IMG/VR virus record: IMGVR_UViG_3300035210_000191
Source of the DNA: an uncultured virus (IMG/VR IMGVR_UViG_3300035210_000191)
Lineage: Duplodnaviria > Heunggongvirae > Uroviricota > Caudoviricetes
Direction: 5' to 3' (one strand)
DNA length: 64,000 nt
In this document: positions 9,758-19,432 of the stretch, in pieces
How positions within the stretch are numbered: position 1 is the stretch's first letter
Layout of the letters: each line of letters starts with the position of its first letter
The notes under the pieces: model-generated
What the model saw: the letters and a program-made list of their open reading frames with translations, nothing else
The model's database searches: none
Told to the model about the DNA's origin: nothing
Program-made: the position numbers and the translations under genes

Positions 9758-11092
9758 ATGACTACTAACAGCACAATGATTAAAGTTTCCCCAAAAGCAC
9801 TGCGTAAACATGCACTGAACTGCATCCACTCTCAGACGCCATTCTTCGTTTGGGGTAATCCGGGTATCGGTAAGTCTCGCATCCTGCAAGCTCTTGTTGA
9901 GAAAATGGGTTTCCACTTTGAAGACATTCGCTTGTCTCAAATCGAAAGCGTTGACCTTCGTGGTCTGCCAGCAAAAGACGAAAAAGTTACCCTTGTTGCA
10001 GTCATGGGTGAAGATGGTAAACAAAAAACCAACGAAAAAGGCGAACTCATGTTCACCAACGGTAAAGAAACTACCGTAACTTGGGCAATGCCTGACTTCC
10101 TTCGCCGTGCGAAAGAACAATGGGATAAATATAAGAAGCCAACGGCTTACTTCTTCGACGAATTGAACTCCGGTTCACCTGCGACAATGGCTGCTGCTTA
10201 CCAGTTCATCAACGACCGTCGTATCGGTTGCTTCGAACTCGGTTCTCAGGACGTGGTATTCGCGGCTGGTAACTTGGAATCCGATGGTGGTGTAACTAAC
10301 TCCATGCCGTTGCCTTTGGCTAACCGTTTCCGTCACTACTTGATGGACGTGAACACCGAACAATGGTTGAACTTCGCTTCTGAGGCTGGTATGCACCCTT
10401 ACGTGTTGGCTTACCTTTCAATCGGTGCGAACGGTAGCAAGTTGCAAGACTTTAACGTTGACCGTCTGTTGGCTTCCGACGAAAAAGCGTTCGCAACCCC
10501 ACGTTCATGGGAAATGTTGAGCAAGGCGTTGTTCGCAGCTTACGGTGAGCATCAAGCGATTGCTGGACACAAAACGCTTGCAGAAGAAAGCGAAGAATTT
10601 AACGTCTACGAAGAAGACGATAAAATCAACGAAAACGACATTTCTGTAATCGCTGCATCGTGTGTTGGTAGCGGTATTGCGGTCGAGTTTGCTGGTTTCG
10701 TGAAGGAAGGTATGGACTTGCCAAAAGCCCGCGACATTCTTGATGGTAAGAAGATGACTGTTGCGAACATGAAGGCTAAGACTTCCGCACAATACTTCAT
10801 TGCGAACGATTGCTCTCACGCACTGAAAGAAATGAAAACGAAGTTGGAAGAAGTTAAGAAAGAAAGCGGTGATAAGACTGCCGAGTATGACAAAGTGTTG
10901 AAGTCCTATGTCAAAAGCATGGAGAACTACATCTTGTTCGCAAAAGAACACTTTGCTCGTGAGTTGTTCGTCTTCGGTATCATCACCGTGATGTTGAAGC
11001 GTTACAAGGTTATGCCAATGCCTAACCACATGGACAAGAAAGTGTTTGACCTTGTGGCAACGGAGTTCAACGCGGCTCGCCTTAAAAACTAA
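9758..11092 (+). CDS. MoxR-type AAA+ ATPase (second copy)
   Basis: WGNPGIGKS, DIRLSQIESVDLRGLP, FFDELN, AAGN, PLANRF, FATPRSWE; AGGAG SD; strongly biased codon usage (AAC, TTC, CGT, GGT). Confidence 0.9.
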   Translation: MTTNSTMIKVSPKALRKHALNCIHSQTPFFVWGNPGIGKSRILQALVEKMGFHFEDIRLSQIESVDLRGLPAKDEKVTLVAVMGEDGKQKTNEKGELMFTNGKETTVTWAMPDFLRRAKEQWDKYKKPTAYFFDELNSGSPATMAAAYQFINDRRIGCFELGSQDVVFAAGNLESDGGVTNSMPLPLANRFRHYLMDVNTEQWLNFASEAGMHPYVLAYLSIGANGSKLQDFNVDRLLASDEKAFATPRSWEMLSKALFAAYGEHQAIAGHKTLAEESEEFNVYEEDDKINENDISVIAASCVGSGIAVEFAGFVKEGMDLPKARDILDGKKMTVANMKAKTSAQYFIANDCSHALKEMKTKLEEVKKESGDKTAEYDKVLKSYVKSMENYILFAKEHFARELFVFGIITVMLKRYKVMPMPNHMDKKVFDLVATEFNAARLKN

Positions 11093-11121
11093 CACAGTCG
11101 AGTGTGTAACTGGCGAAAGCC

Positions 11122-11146
11122 AAAGCCCCGAAAGGGGCTTTTTTTT
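11122..11146 (+). terminator. Intrinsic terminator (GAAA loop)
   Basis: AAAGCCCC-GAAA-GGGGCTTTTTTTT. Confidence 0.85.
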
Positions 11147-11227
11147 GCTTACCATTTAAATTTCATTATCATTTTAGATCTAGTTGTGGTATAATGAATT
11201 TCATTTAAAGCGTGGAGAAAATATATT

Positions 11228-11704
11228 ATGAGTCTATCTGTTGGCGATTCTTACAAAGGGTTGGGCACCTATGCTGAACCTTTGGTTAATGTTAATCTTC
11301 TTAATCTGAACATTGAGCATTACGTTGATAGTCGTGTGAGTAACAAAGATTTAGCACTTATCCTGAAAGGTTATGGAAGGCGTGTTGATATATCTAGTTT
11401 CCCGGCTTCATTTGTTAGGCTTTTTGCTGATGAACTTAAAGCTTATAATAGTCAATTTAGGGCTTCTAATGTTAAGAAAGATGCTGCTGTTTTTCAGGCC
11501 AGTATCCGTCATTACATGCATTTCATTAAAGCTAATTTTTCTGATATTCTCTTTTTTGAAGCGGTTATTATTTGCATGACCAAGTATGCGAGAATTATTC
11601 AAATTGTACCTCATTGTCATGATGAAGTTTATTTGTTATCAGCTTCTCTTAATAAGTATAAACATCTTTATTATACTACTTATAAAGAATATTCTGTTTT
11701 ATAA
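11228..11704 (+). CDS. Hypothetical protein between the ATPase and vWA genes
   Basis: Own TGGTATAAT and GGAG SD; T-rich third positions unlike its neighbours. Confidence 0.65.
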   Translation: MSLSVGDSYKGLGTYAEPLVNVNLLNLNIEHYVDSRVSNKDLALILKGYGRRVDISSFPASFVRLFADELKAYNSQFRASNVKKDAAVFQASIRHYMHFIKANFSDILFFEAVIICMTKYARIIQIVPHCHDEVYLLSASLNKYKHLYYTTYKEYSVL

Positions 11705-11818
11705 ACAGATAATAGACAGTTGCAAAAATAGTTACGATATTCGTTAAAAATAGATTGCTCTCAAGATATTTTTTTGGTATAATAGTCTCACTAAAACAGA
11801 ACATGAGGAAATAAATAT

Positions 11819-13309
11819 ATGTCAATTCTCAAAGGAAAAAAGAAAGATGAAGTCAGCGAAAAGGGCGAAGAACTTTCCCCCATTTTGCAGGCTGTAAAAG
11901 AACGCACTAAGCCTTATACGCCAGAAGAAATTGCAATTGTTGAAGATAAAATCTATCAGGCACGTTCGAACTTTCTTATGCGTCAACCGTTCTTCGGCAT
12001 CATGGCGATGAACCTTGAGCTTGTGGATGCTTCCAAATGGCTTGTAACGGCTGCTACCGATGGTAAACACTTCTACTACAACGTAGGTTTCTTCCTGTTG
12101 CTTGAACCAGAAGAAATTCAGTTCGTGTATGGTCACGAAATCCTTCACGTTGCTTACGACCACTTTGGCCGTGCCATTGCGACTGTTAATGACTACGACC
12201 ATTATGTTGAAAATGACATGACGTTTGACGAAAAAATTCGCCTTCATGCGAAATTGGCTAACATTGCCGCTGACTTCTGTGTAAACCGCGACTTGGTTAC
12301 TTGCAAAGTGGGTACCCTTATTCGTAAAGAAGTTATCAAATTGTTCTACGATAAAAAGTATGACGATATGAGCATGGAAGAAATTTACAAAGAATTGTTG
12401 AAAGACCCTAACGCGGCCCAAAGCGGCACTACGCTTGATGACCACTCAGTTGGTACAGGTGTTCCGCAAGAAGGTAACGAAAAACGTAAGGCTGATCCTA
12501 ATGGTAAGGGCGAAGGCGAAAGTGATGGCGAAGGCGAAGGTCCAGAGAAAAGCGAAGGTGGTGCTGATTTCAAACCGCGTGATTTGACACCAGAAGAACG
12601 TGAAGAAATTATGCGTGACTTCAAAGATCGTATGATTAACGCCTACGACCAGCAGAAGGACAACGAAGAAGCTCGCCGTTCATCCGGTGGTTCTGACGCG
12701 GGTTCCTTGCCTGCTGACTTGGAGCGTTTGATTGAACGTATGCGTCGTCCAGAGATTAACTGGCGTCAATACATCCGCACTCGCATTACTTCATTGTTCC
12801 GCGAGAGTGACGATTGGAGCCGTCCGTCACGCCGTTCTTTCGATGGCGAATTCATTATGCCGGGTTTCCGTCAAGTTGAAAAAGTGGACATTCACATTGC
12901 AATCGACTGTTCCGGTTCTATTGGTGAAGTTGAAATGGCAGACTTCTTGTCAGAGATTGCCGGTATTACTCAGCAATACAAGCGTGACTTTAAGCTTCGC
13001 ATTTGGACATTTGATGGTAAAGTGTATCCACAGAGCTTGAAAGAGTATACGCCTTCAAACATTCGTAGTTTGCCTAAATACGAGTTCTTTGGTGGTGGTG
13101 GCACATCTTTCCTTGCAAACTGGGCGTTCATGCGTGAAAAGCGTATCAAACCAAAGCTTTTCATCATGTTCACTGACGGTTACACTGGTGATGGTTTTGG
13201 CGTGCCGAACTTCTGTGATACCATTTACGTGGTTAACACCGAAGTGATTATTCCAAAAGAATACGGTGCAACAATTCGCTACAAACCGCGTTCACAACAA
13301 GCCTACTAA
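11819..13309 (+). CDS. HExxH metallopeptidase-like + vWA domain protein (DUF2201-type), second copy
   Basis: PFFG...TAATDG...HEILH...NIAADFCVN; W.RPSRR; DCSGS, GGGTSF, FTDGY. Confidence 0.9.
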   Translation: MSILKGKKKDEVSEKGEELSPILQAVKERTKPYTPEEIAIVEDKIYQARSNFLMRQPFFGIMAMNLELVDASKWLVTAATDGKHFYYNVGFFLLLEPEEIQFVYGHEILHVAYDHFGRAIATVNDYDHYVENDMTFDEKIRLHAKLANIAADFCVNRDLVTCKVGTLIRKEVIKLFYDKKYDDMSMEEIYKELLKDPNAAQSGTTLDDHSVGTGVPQEGNEKRKADPNGKGEGESDGEGEGPEKSEGGADFKPRDLTPEEREEIMRDFKDRMINAYDQQKDNEEARRSSGGSDAGSLPADLERLIERMRRPEINWRQYIRTRITSLFRESDDWSRPSRRSFDGEFIMPGFRQVEKVDIHIAIDCSGSIGEVEMADFLSEIAGITQQYKRDFKLRIWTFDGKVYPQSLKEYTPSNIRSLPKYEFFGGGGTSFLANWAFMREKRIKPKLFIMFTDGYTGDGFGVPNFCDTIYVVNTEVIIPKEYGATIRYKPRSQQAY

Positions 13310-13414
13310 GGTTTGAGTTACAGAAAAGGTCGCTTTCGGGCGACTTTTTTATTGCCTATGAAAAAGTATTATGGTATAATCCTACCATCTAAAATGATAG
13401 TGAAAGGTGCATTG

Positions 13415-14071
13415 ATGAAAGAAATCAGCAAGATTGACAAGGCTACACAAAAGAAAATCGGTGATTTTCTTATGACCAACTATGGCTATGAAAAAATCGG
13501 CTACACACAAGGCAAAGCGAAATCTTACTTCATGTGTGGTTCTGATTTGTTGGAAGTGTCTCGCCGTCCTTTGATTGGTGCTGGTAAAGACGTATTCCAC
13601 TATTCAATTTCATCCAATAGCCAGAGCTTGACAAAGAACTTCATTAAAAACCAGAAAGTTGTTGATTTTATCTTTAATGCCATTCGTGACATTAACGGTT
13701 TGAAGTATGATGTTGTGAGTAATGATAACCAAACTATTTCTCGTATCAAGGTCATTGATTTTGTTATTCATGCTTTTGAAGGGCGTCTAGAAGACTTCCA
13801 GCGTGAGTATAAGCCCAGTGTAGGCTTTTGGGTGTCCACCACAGGGAGTGAACGACTATCGTATGTTATCGTTCATGCTGATGGCCGTGTGAACTATGCT
13901 GGTGCTGAAATCACGGCTAAACAGTTTGGTGAATACTTGATTAATGATTATGCCGCTTACATTGCAAAGATTGATGAATTTTTTGAGCATGATGGTCAAC
14001 ACAAAACGTTTGATGAACGTGTTGATGACTTAAAGAATACAATGATGACCAAAGAAATGTTTGCTATTTGA
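13415..14071 (+). CDS. Hypothetical protein with C-terminal MxxI motif
   Basis: ATG 13415 after AAGGTG SD and TGGTATAAT; ends TKEMFAI. The longer ORF call overlaps the terminator at 13328-13350. Confidence 0.7.
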   Translation: MKEISKIDKATQKKIGDFLMTNYGYEKIGYTQGKAKSYFMCGSDLLEVSRRPLIGAGKDVFHYSISSNSQSLTKNFIKNQKVVDFIFNAIRDINGLKYDVVSNDNQTISRIKVIDFVIHAFEGRLEDFQREYKPSVGFWVSTTGSERLSYVIVHADGRVNYAGAEITAKQFGEYLINDYAAYIAKIDEFFEHDGQHKTFDERVDDLKNTMMTKEMFAI

Positions 14072-14117
14072 TTATGTGTAGAGAACAAAAAAGCCACTTG
14101 TGTGGCTTTTCATTTTT

Positions 14118-14948
14118 TTATGGATACAAGTCATTTCTTAATGTATTCTTAAAATCAGCTTCATTGTCAAATGAATCTCTATATCTTTTAAAAATTTTAT
14201 GTGGATCTAACATATTAGTACGACTAGAAAGTGTCATTGTAAATAAAGATGTGTTATGCAGAATCATATTTTTTACATGATCTTTTGTTGTGTTTTCGTT
14301 TAAATTAATAAATTTAAACAAATTTTCAGTAAATCCAAATCTACCTGTTGCCTGCATTGAACAATAACCATATTGCTGTAAAACATCATATTCGGGTTCT
14401 TTAATTTCTTCTAAATCATACTTATAATACATCATATCGAATAAATTTTTCACTTGTTCTTCGTGTTGCAAATGGTTTCTATAAATGACTTTTAATAAAT
14501 CAGGAAAGCTCATCATACTGCGAAAACCTTGAAATGTTTTTGGAATGTCAGACTTAATAAAAATGAAACATAATTTGTCTAGCCATGAGATAGCTCTGTC
14601 TCTCCAAAGTGAGTCTCCATTACTATAATCATCTACTGGATCGATAAAGTTTTTTGTCATTTTTATAGACAACACATCATGATTTTCTATTTTGAAAATA
14701 GTTGTTAACTCGTTTAGATGAATGGTAGCGTCATTGATAAAAGTTTTTAACATACTTAATCGTTCTGCCTGAGTATATATATTCTCTTTTTTTAAGATGA
14801 CTGATTTATCAATGAGATCTGACCAACTATCGAAATTGTTTTGTTTTGCAACAAGATTCAATGAGTCAGCATGATTTTTGATTGAGTTGTTATTTTTTCT
14901 TTCTTTTTTTGCCTGTTTTTTGAGATCGGCAATAGTAATGTAGTTCAT
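14118..14948 (-). CDS. Protein with N-terminal 'glyoxalase superfamily' (Glyoxalase_8-like) helical domain
   Basis: LKKQAKK.R......HADSLNLVAKQNNFDSW pattern; ATG 14948 follows GGAGG SD. Confidence 0.6.
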   Translation of the reverse strand: MNYITIADLKKQAKKERKNNNSIKNHADSLNLVAKQNNFDSWSDLIDKSVILKKENIYTQAERLSMLKTFINDATIHLNELTTIFKIENHDVLSIKMTKNFIDPVDDYSNGDSLWRDRAISWLDKLCFIFIKSDIPKTFQGFRSMMSFPDLLKVIYRNHLQHEEQVKNLFDMMYYKYDLEEIKEPEYDVLQQYGYCSMQATGRFGFTENLFKFINLNENTTKDHVKNMILHNTSLFTMTLSSRTNMLDPHKIFKRYRDSFDNEADFKNTLRNDLYP

Positions 14949-15219
14949 GGTAAATTCCTCCAATTATATAAGTCGATTATGTCGTGATAGCAAACGCCAA
15001 CCGACTTTTTTGGTTGGAATTATGTAATTTGATGTTAATGATAATATTCAAACGAATTGTGCCTAAGACTATCAAGCGTGCAAATATCAGTTGCATTATT
15101 AAAATTTACACTATATTTTAGACTTTTCAATATTTAATGGTTGATTTTATTTTTTAACTATCTCTTTTATTTTATAGCAATAATGATAATATGAATAAAA
15201 CAACTATATTATTAATGGA

Positions 15220-15603
15220 ATGAAAAATATAATCGGCGGATCTATCTTAGTCTTATTGGCTGGTTGTTCAAGTAATCAGGTCAATACCACTATGTATAAT
15301 TTACATGCAATAAAAGGTAAGGAAGTTATTTGTTACCAACAAGAAGAGGCTACTAGGCTTGTAAAAATGGGATTTACTGCCAGTGGTAAAGGTGACCAAG
15401 CTTTGATATTAGGTAATTCTATTAAGCAGTCAAAGTGTAAAATTGTTGAAAGAGAGCATGTCAGGAAAACGGGTGACCTTGTTATATTCCCTATCACTGA
15501 CGAATTCCCTGAATCATTCAGAGGCGTTAAAAAAGCCGTTTACAAAGTTAATTATGAAAACAGCAGTTACTGGTTAGTGCCTACTGGTCATCCACGAAAT
15601 TGA
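15220..15603 (+). CDS. Putative lipoprotein
   Basis: Lipobox LLAG-C after a hydrophobic stretch. Confidence 0.7.
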   Translation: MKNIIGGSILVLLAGCSSNQVNTTMYNLHAIKGKEVICYQQEEATRLVKMGFTASGKGDQALILGNSIKQSKCKIVEREHVRKTGDLVIFPITDEFPESFRGVKKAVYKVNYENSSYWLVPTGHPRN

Positions 15604-15662
15604 TTGAAAAATAAATCTATTTATGCTAAAATAAGCCATCTTTTAAAAGGGGCTTTTTTATT

Positions 15663-16283
15663 ATGTCATTATTCTTATTTGTTGTGTTTGCTTGCATTAC
15701 ACTTCCAATGCACTTGCTGTTGAATTATAAATTGTCGCCTGATTTTTCAAATGCCTATATGTTTAAAAGTCTTGCCATTACTGCTGCGTTGGCAATTGCT
15801 GCAATAGTTGAATACACGTATTTTACGAGTACAGTGTTTGCTTTGCTCTTTGCTTTTTCAATGGGGTATATTTTTCTTAAATTCTTGATGTTTGCAGCTA
15901 TCACATCATTTGTTATCTTTAATGAGCAAGTTGAGAGTGACAGCCTTCCATCCTTGAAGTTATTTTTAAAGAACCTTAAAGTGAGAAGCTTTTATTTATC
16001 GAAAGGTCAATCTAATATTTATTTTCTCAACAATGATGGTGTGAATATTTACTTTGATAAACACAGTTCTGATTTTGACACGCTTTCAAATGCCCATGTG
16101 ACTTATTTTGCTAACTCTCTTGTTGATAAAACCTGTAAAAAAATAGAGCTTAATAAATTTGTCATCCTTAATGTTAAGGAAAGGTTCATGTCTGTTTCGT
16201 CAGATGAACTAAAAACGCTCGATGTTCCTATTGAGAAAATAACCAAAGAACATTTTGATTTGCTGCAGATGATGAAAATTTAA
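15663..16283 (+). CDS. Membrane protein, paralog 1 of 3, C-terminal MxxI motif
   Basis: About 3 N-terminal TM helices; NIYF..N.GVNIYFD and SVSSDEL shared with next ORFs; ends LLQMMKI. Confidence 0.75.
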   Translation: MSLFLFVVFACITLPMHLLLNYKLSPDFSNAYMFKSLAITAALAIAAIVEYTYFTSTVFALLFAFSMGYIFLKFLMFAAITSFVIFNEQVESDSLPSLKLFLKNLKVRSFYLSKGQSNIYFLNNDGVNIYFDKHSSDFDTLSNAHVTYFANSLVDKTCKKIELNKFVILNVKERFMSVSSDELKTLDVPIEKITKEHFDLLQMMKI

Positions 16284-16303
16284 CATTACGGATAGAGGTT
16301 ATT

Positions 16304-16921
16304 ATGTCACTTGAAACATTCCTGATTGTTCTCTTTATAGGTTTACCTGTTTCTTTGTTTTGGAATTATAAGTTTGCGTCTCAATTCACTAATGCTTACT
16401 TGTATAGAAAGTTAGCTGGACAATCTATTCTGGTTGTATTAGCCTTTGCTGAATATTTTTATTTTAACTCACTGGCGATGGGTATCGTTTTTACGTGTTT
16501 TATTGCTTGGGAGTTATTACAACTCATTATTGTGTTAAGTATTATTGGCTTTATTGCTTTTACAAAAAAACTTGATAAAAGAGAGTATGCAACGTTTGCC
16601 TTGTTTTTTACTCGTTTTAAAATGAGAACACTTTTTAAATCAGAAAATCCTAATATTTATTTCTTCAAGAATAATGGAGTGAATATTTACTTTGACGCCA
16701 ATAGTGATGACTTTAAGTCTTTGTCAGAAGATTACCTTAGTCGATTTAAAAACAACATCAAAGAAGAAAAATCAAAAAGTGTTGCATTTGAACATTTCTT
16801 GATATTGAATTGTGATGATAACTACCTTTCGGTGTCTTCTGATGATTTGCAGTTACTGAATGTGGATATATTCAACATAGATAGAAATCATTTTGATGTT
16901 TTGCGGATGTTGAAAATATAA
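16304..16921 (+). CDS. Membrane protein, paralog 2 of 3, C-terminal MxxI motif
   Basis: Same architecture as 15663-16283; ends VLRMLKI. Confidence 0.75.
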   Translation: MSLETFLIVLFIGLPVSLFWNYKFASQFTNAYLYRKLAGQSILVVLAFAEYFYFNSLAMGIVFTCFIAWELLQLIIVLSIIGFIAFTKKLDKREYATFALFFTRFKMRTLFKSENPNIYFFKNNGVNIYFDANSDDFKSLSEDYLSRFKNNIKEEKSKSVAFEHFLILNCDDNYLSVSSDDLQLLNVDIFNIDRNHFDVLRMLKI

Positions 16922-16994
16922 TATGATACTTTAACACTGGTTTATGTGGCTGATATTTGTTATAATAAGGCTACTTATCTCAGGGGGTATTTTG

Positions 16995-17618
16995 ATGACA
17001 TTTTCATTTATGGCAGCTATTGCAGTCATTGTTCAATTTCTAGTTGGTGTTTTGGAATACAAATATCCGAAGTCATTAACGCATGGACGAATGATCAAAA
17101 GGCTTATACCGCTGGCGTTTCTTTCTGTTTTGGCGTTTATGGAATATGTATTGACTGGGTACCATTATTTCACTTACTTCTTGGGTGCCTGTCTTGGCTT
17201 TATGTTTATTGCTACGCTGGGTGATGTGTGTAAATATTTTTATATGCTTAATGCTAAAAGAAAAACTGATTTCAATGAGAATACAACAGATGCACTATTC
17301 TACTTGAATTGGAAGATTAAAAATTTCTGTTCAACCGACCAAGTATCTAGAACGTTTTTCTTCAAACAAGATGGTCTTACTGTTTTTTTTGGAGAACCTG
17401 ATTCTTCATTTGAAGCAATGGATAAAACAAAATTGCAATTGTTTAAAGACAGTCTTACACAATCAACGATGGGTCACATTAAATTTGGTGGATTTTTAGT
17501 TATCAAAAATAAAGATGATTATATCTCATTGTCGTCTGATGAATTTAAAATGCTCAACGTGCCAATTACAAAAATTAATCAAGATATTTTTAAAGCGATT
17601 GAAATGCTGAAAATTTGA
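16995..17618 (+). CDS. Membrane protein, paralog 3 of 3, C-terminal MxxI motif
   Basis: ATG 16995 after GGGGG SD; ISLSSDEF; ends AIEMLKI. Confidence 0.7.
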   Translation: MTFSFMAAIAVIVQFLVGVLEYKYPKSLTHGRMIKRLIPLAFLSVLAFMEYVLTGYHYFTYFLGACLGFMFIATLGDVCKYFYMLNAKRKTDFNENTTDALFYLNWKIKNFCSTDQVSRTFFFKQDGLTVFFGEPDSSFEAMDKTKLQLFKDSLTQSTMGHIKFGGFLVIKNKDDYISLSSDEFKMLNVPITKINQDIFKAIEMLKI

Positions 17619-17692
17619 ATTTATTTTCAAAATAACCTTCAGTTCTACATTTAATTATGGTATAATATTAAGATTAACTTTTGGGGTGTCTT

Positions 17693-18253
17693 ATGTTTGA
17701 AGCAGAAGAAATAGGCGAAAAAATCATGCTCGAAAAAGCTTCAGAGATCTCCGAAATTCGTGGTTTTTCTGGTGATTTTAGATGGTTATCTAACTTTTTC
17801 CCTATTGAACCCTTTGAATATGATGGTATCCAATACTTCACCACTGAAAACTATTATCAAGCCATGAAGACCAAAGATAAGGAAGAACGTAAACTTATTG
17901 CTGCTATGACACCCAACAAATCAAAACGTTATGCATCGTCTCACAACTTGAAGTTTGTGGTTCGTGATGATTGGGATTACATTAAGCTTGAAGTTATGGA
18001 GTTTGCACTTCGTCGTAAGTTCTCACAACCTAAGTTTAAAGAATTCTTGTTGGCTACTCGTGATATCTTCATTGAAGAAACGAACAGTTGGGGTGATGTT
18101 TTCTGGGGTGCTTTGCCATCCGGCGAAGGTTTTAACAACCTTGGGCTTATCATTATGAAACTACGCCAAGAACTTCGTGATGGAAAAGACCTGCTTGATT
18201 ACAAACCAGAGATTGCTAAGCTGTTAAAAAAAAAGTCAAAATCCCAACCATAG
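17693..18253 (+). CDS. NADAR (YbiA/DUF1768) family hydrolase
   Basis: FRWLSNFF, TTENYYQAMK, RDDWD.IKLEVM...LR.KF, LLAT, EE.N.WGD.FWG, G.N.LG.I.M.LR. Confidence 0.9.
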   Translation: MFEAEEIGEKIMLEKASEISEIRGFSGDFRWLSNFFPIEPFEYDGIQYFTTENYYQAMKTKDKEERKLIAAMTPNKSKRYASSHNLKFVVRDDWDYIKLEVMEFALRRKFSQPKFKEFLLATRDIFIEETNSWGDVFWGALPSGEGFNNLGLIIMKLRQELRDGKDLLDYKPEIAKLLKKKSKSQP

Positions 18254-18255
18254 CA

Positions 18256-18561
18256 GTGAATAAAAAGCTTGAACCCTTTGATGTGTATATTGGAAGGGGA
18301 TCTAAATTTGGAAACCCATTCAGTATTTACACAGGTGAGTATACGCTTGAACAATCTATGTTTACATTTGAATACGAAATATCCAAAAAGCTTATTCTTG
18401 ATAAAGAATTTAGAGCTGATGTTTTAGCCTTACGTGGTAAAAGACTAGGCTGCACTTGTAAAAAATGTCGTTCAGACCAAGACGCTTTTGCAACAGACTT
18501 AACAGACTGTCATGGTGAGTTCTATGCCAACTTTCTTAATTCTCTTGAAGGTCTTGTTTAA
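18256..18561 (+). CDS. DUF4326-family protein
   Basis: DVYIGRGSKFGNPF...LRGKRLGCTCK...CHG. Confidence 0.8.
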   Translation: MNKKLEPFDVYIGRGSKFGNPFSIYTGEYTLEQSMFTFEYEISKKLILDKEFRADVLALRGKRLGCTCKKCRSDQDAFATDLTDCHGEFYANFLNSLEGLV

Positions 18562-18685
18562 AGACAGCTATGTTGACAACAATCCTTGATTTTGATAACA
18601 TAACTGTTCGGAATGTAACTTAAAGCTTCATCATCTGGTATTGATAATAGTTGATTGACACATTCCCACTCATTTTGGAGATATT

Positions 18686-19432
18686 ATGTCAGATCGCAAC
18701 TTAGAATACCTTGTTAACTACATTGGCCCCGTTCTTTTTGTCAAAAAGAAAACCATTAAATACAAAGATAATAAGCGTGAAATCAATACATGTCCTAATA
18801 AGAAGTGCCCTGAGCATGGCAAAGAAGAATCATCAATACACAGTAATTATTGTGTGAAATGTGGACATGCAATAGACTATATCATGACAAATACTGGCAA
18901 ACAATATGAAGTCTATCCTATCAGTCTGGATAATTCATTCGATGAATACTATGTTCCTATAACACATAACCATTCTAATGGTGTTCATGCTTTTAATGAA
19001 GGTATTCAGTTGGCGAGTGATGAAGCCGTTTATGTTCCCTATTTCAAAGAAGATGAGTATAATTATGGTATTCTGGCTCATGTTGAACTCGGTCAGTATT
19101 GTCAAAATAAAGCATGTGAAGAATTTGATGAATGTGTTCCATTTGAGCATGTCTACTGTGGAGAATGTGGTAAAAAGAATAAAACACACAATGACAAAGA
19201 TATTTACAGTGTTTTCGATAAGAAAAAAGCGAAGAAAATTCTTAAAGAATATGACCTTCAAACCAACTTATCGACTTGTGTATTTATTGCTCATTCTGAT
19301 TTTGATGAATTTGTTGAGAAATTCGAAGAATCAAAACAATGTGAAAAAGGTATTAAAACGATTGAAAAAGCATATGGCAAAGGTTCCGCCATTGTGAGAT
19401 TAGCTTATGTTCAATATCACCAAAATTATTAA
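18686..19432 (+). CDS. Protein with two Cys-rich zinc-ribbon-like repeats
   Basis: CPNKKC..H......YCVKCG and CQNKAC.........YCGECG; GGAG SD. Confidence 0.65.
   Translation: MSDRNLEYLVNYIGPVLFVKKKTIKYKDNKREINTCPNKKCPEHGKEESSIHSNYCVKCGHAIDYIMTNTGKQYEVYPISLDNSFDEYYVPITHNHSNGVHAFNEGIQLASDEAVYVPYFKEDEYNYGILAHVELGQYCQNKACEEFDECVPFEHVYCGECGKKNKTHNDKDIYSVFDKKKAKKILKEYDLQTNLSTCVFIAHSDFDEFVEKFEESKQCEKGIKTIEKAYGKGSAIVRLAYVQYHQNY

Noticed and set aside
10505..11155. 216-aa minus-strand ORF (and 9725-10120, 11822-12445)
   Set aside because: Antisense shadows of the strongly codon-biased ATPase and vWA genes, with no SD or recognisable motifs.
12500..12545. GGCGAA repeats
   Set aside because: Low-complexity Gly/Glu linker typical of DUF2201-type proteins.
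13313..13414. N-terminal extensions in the ORF track (also 5949, 19797, 22273, 23953, 29270, 44988, 48888, 61398)
   Set aside because: The extensions run through terminators, promoters or neighbouring genes; downstream ATGs have proper SD sequences and were used instead.
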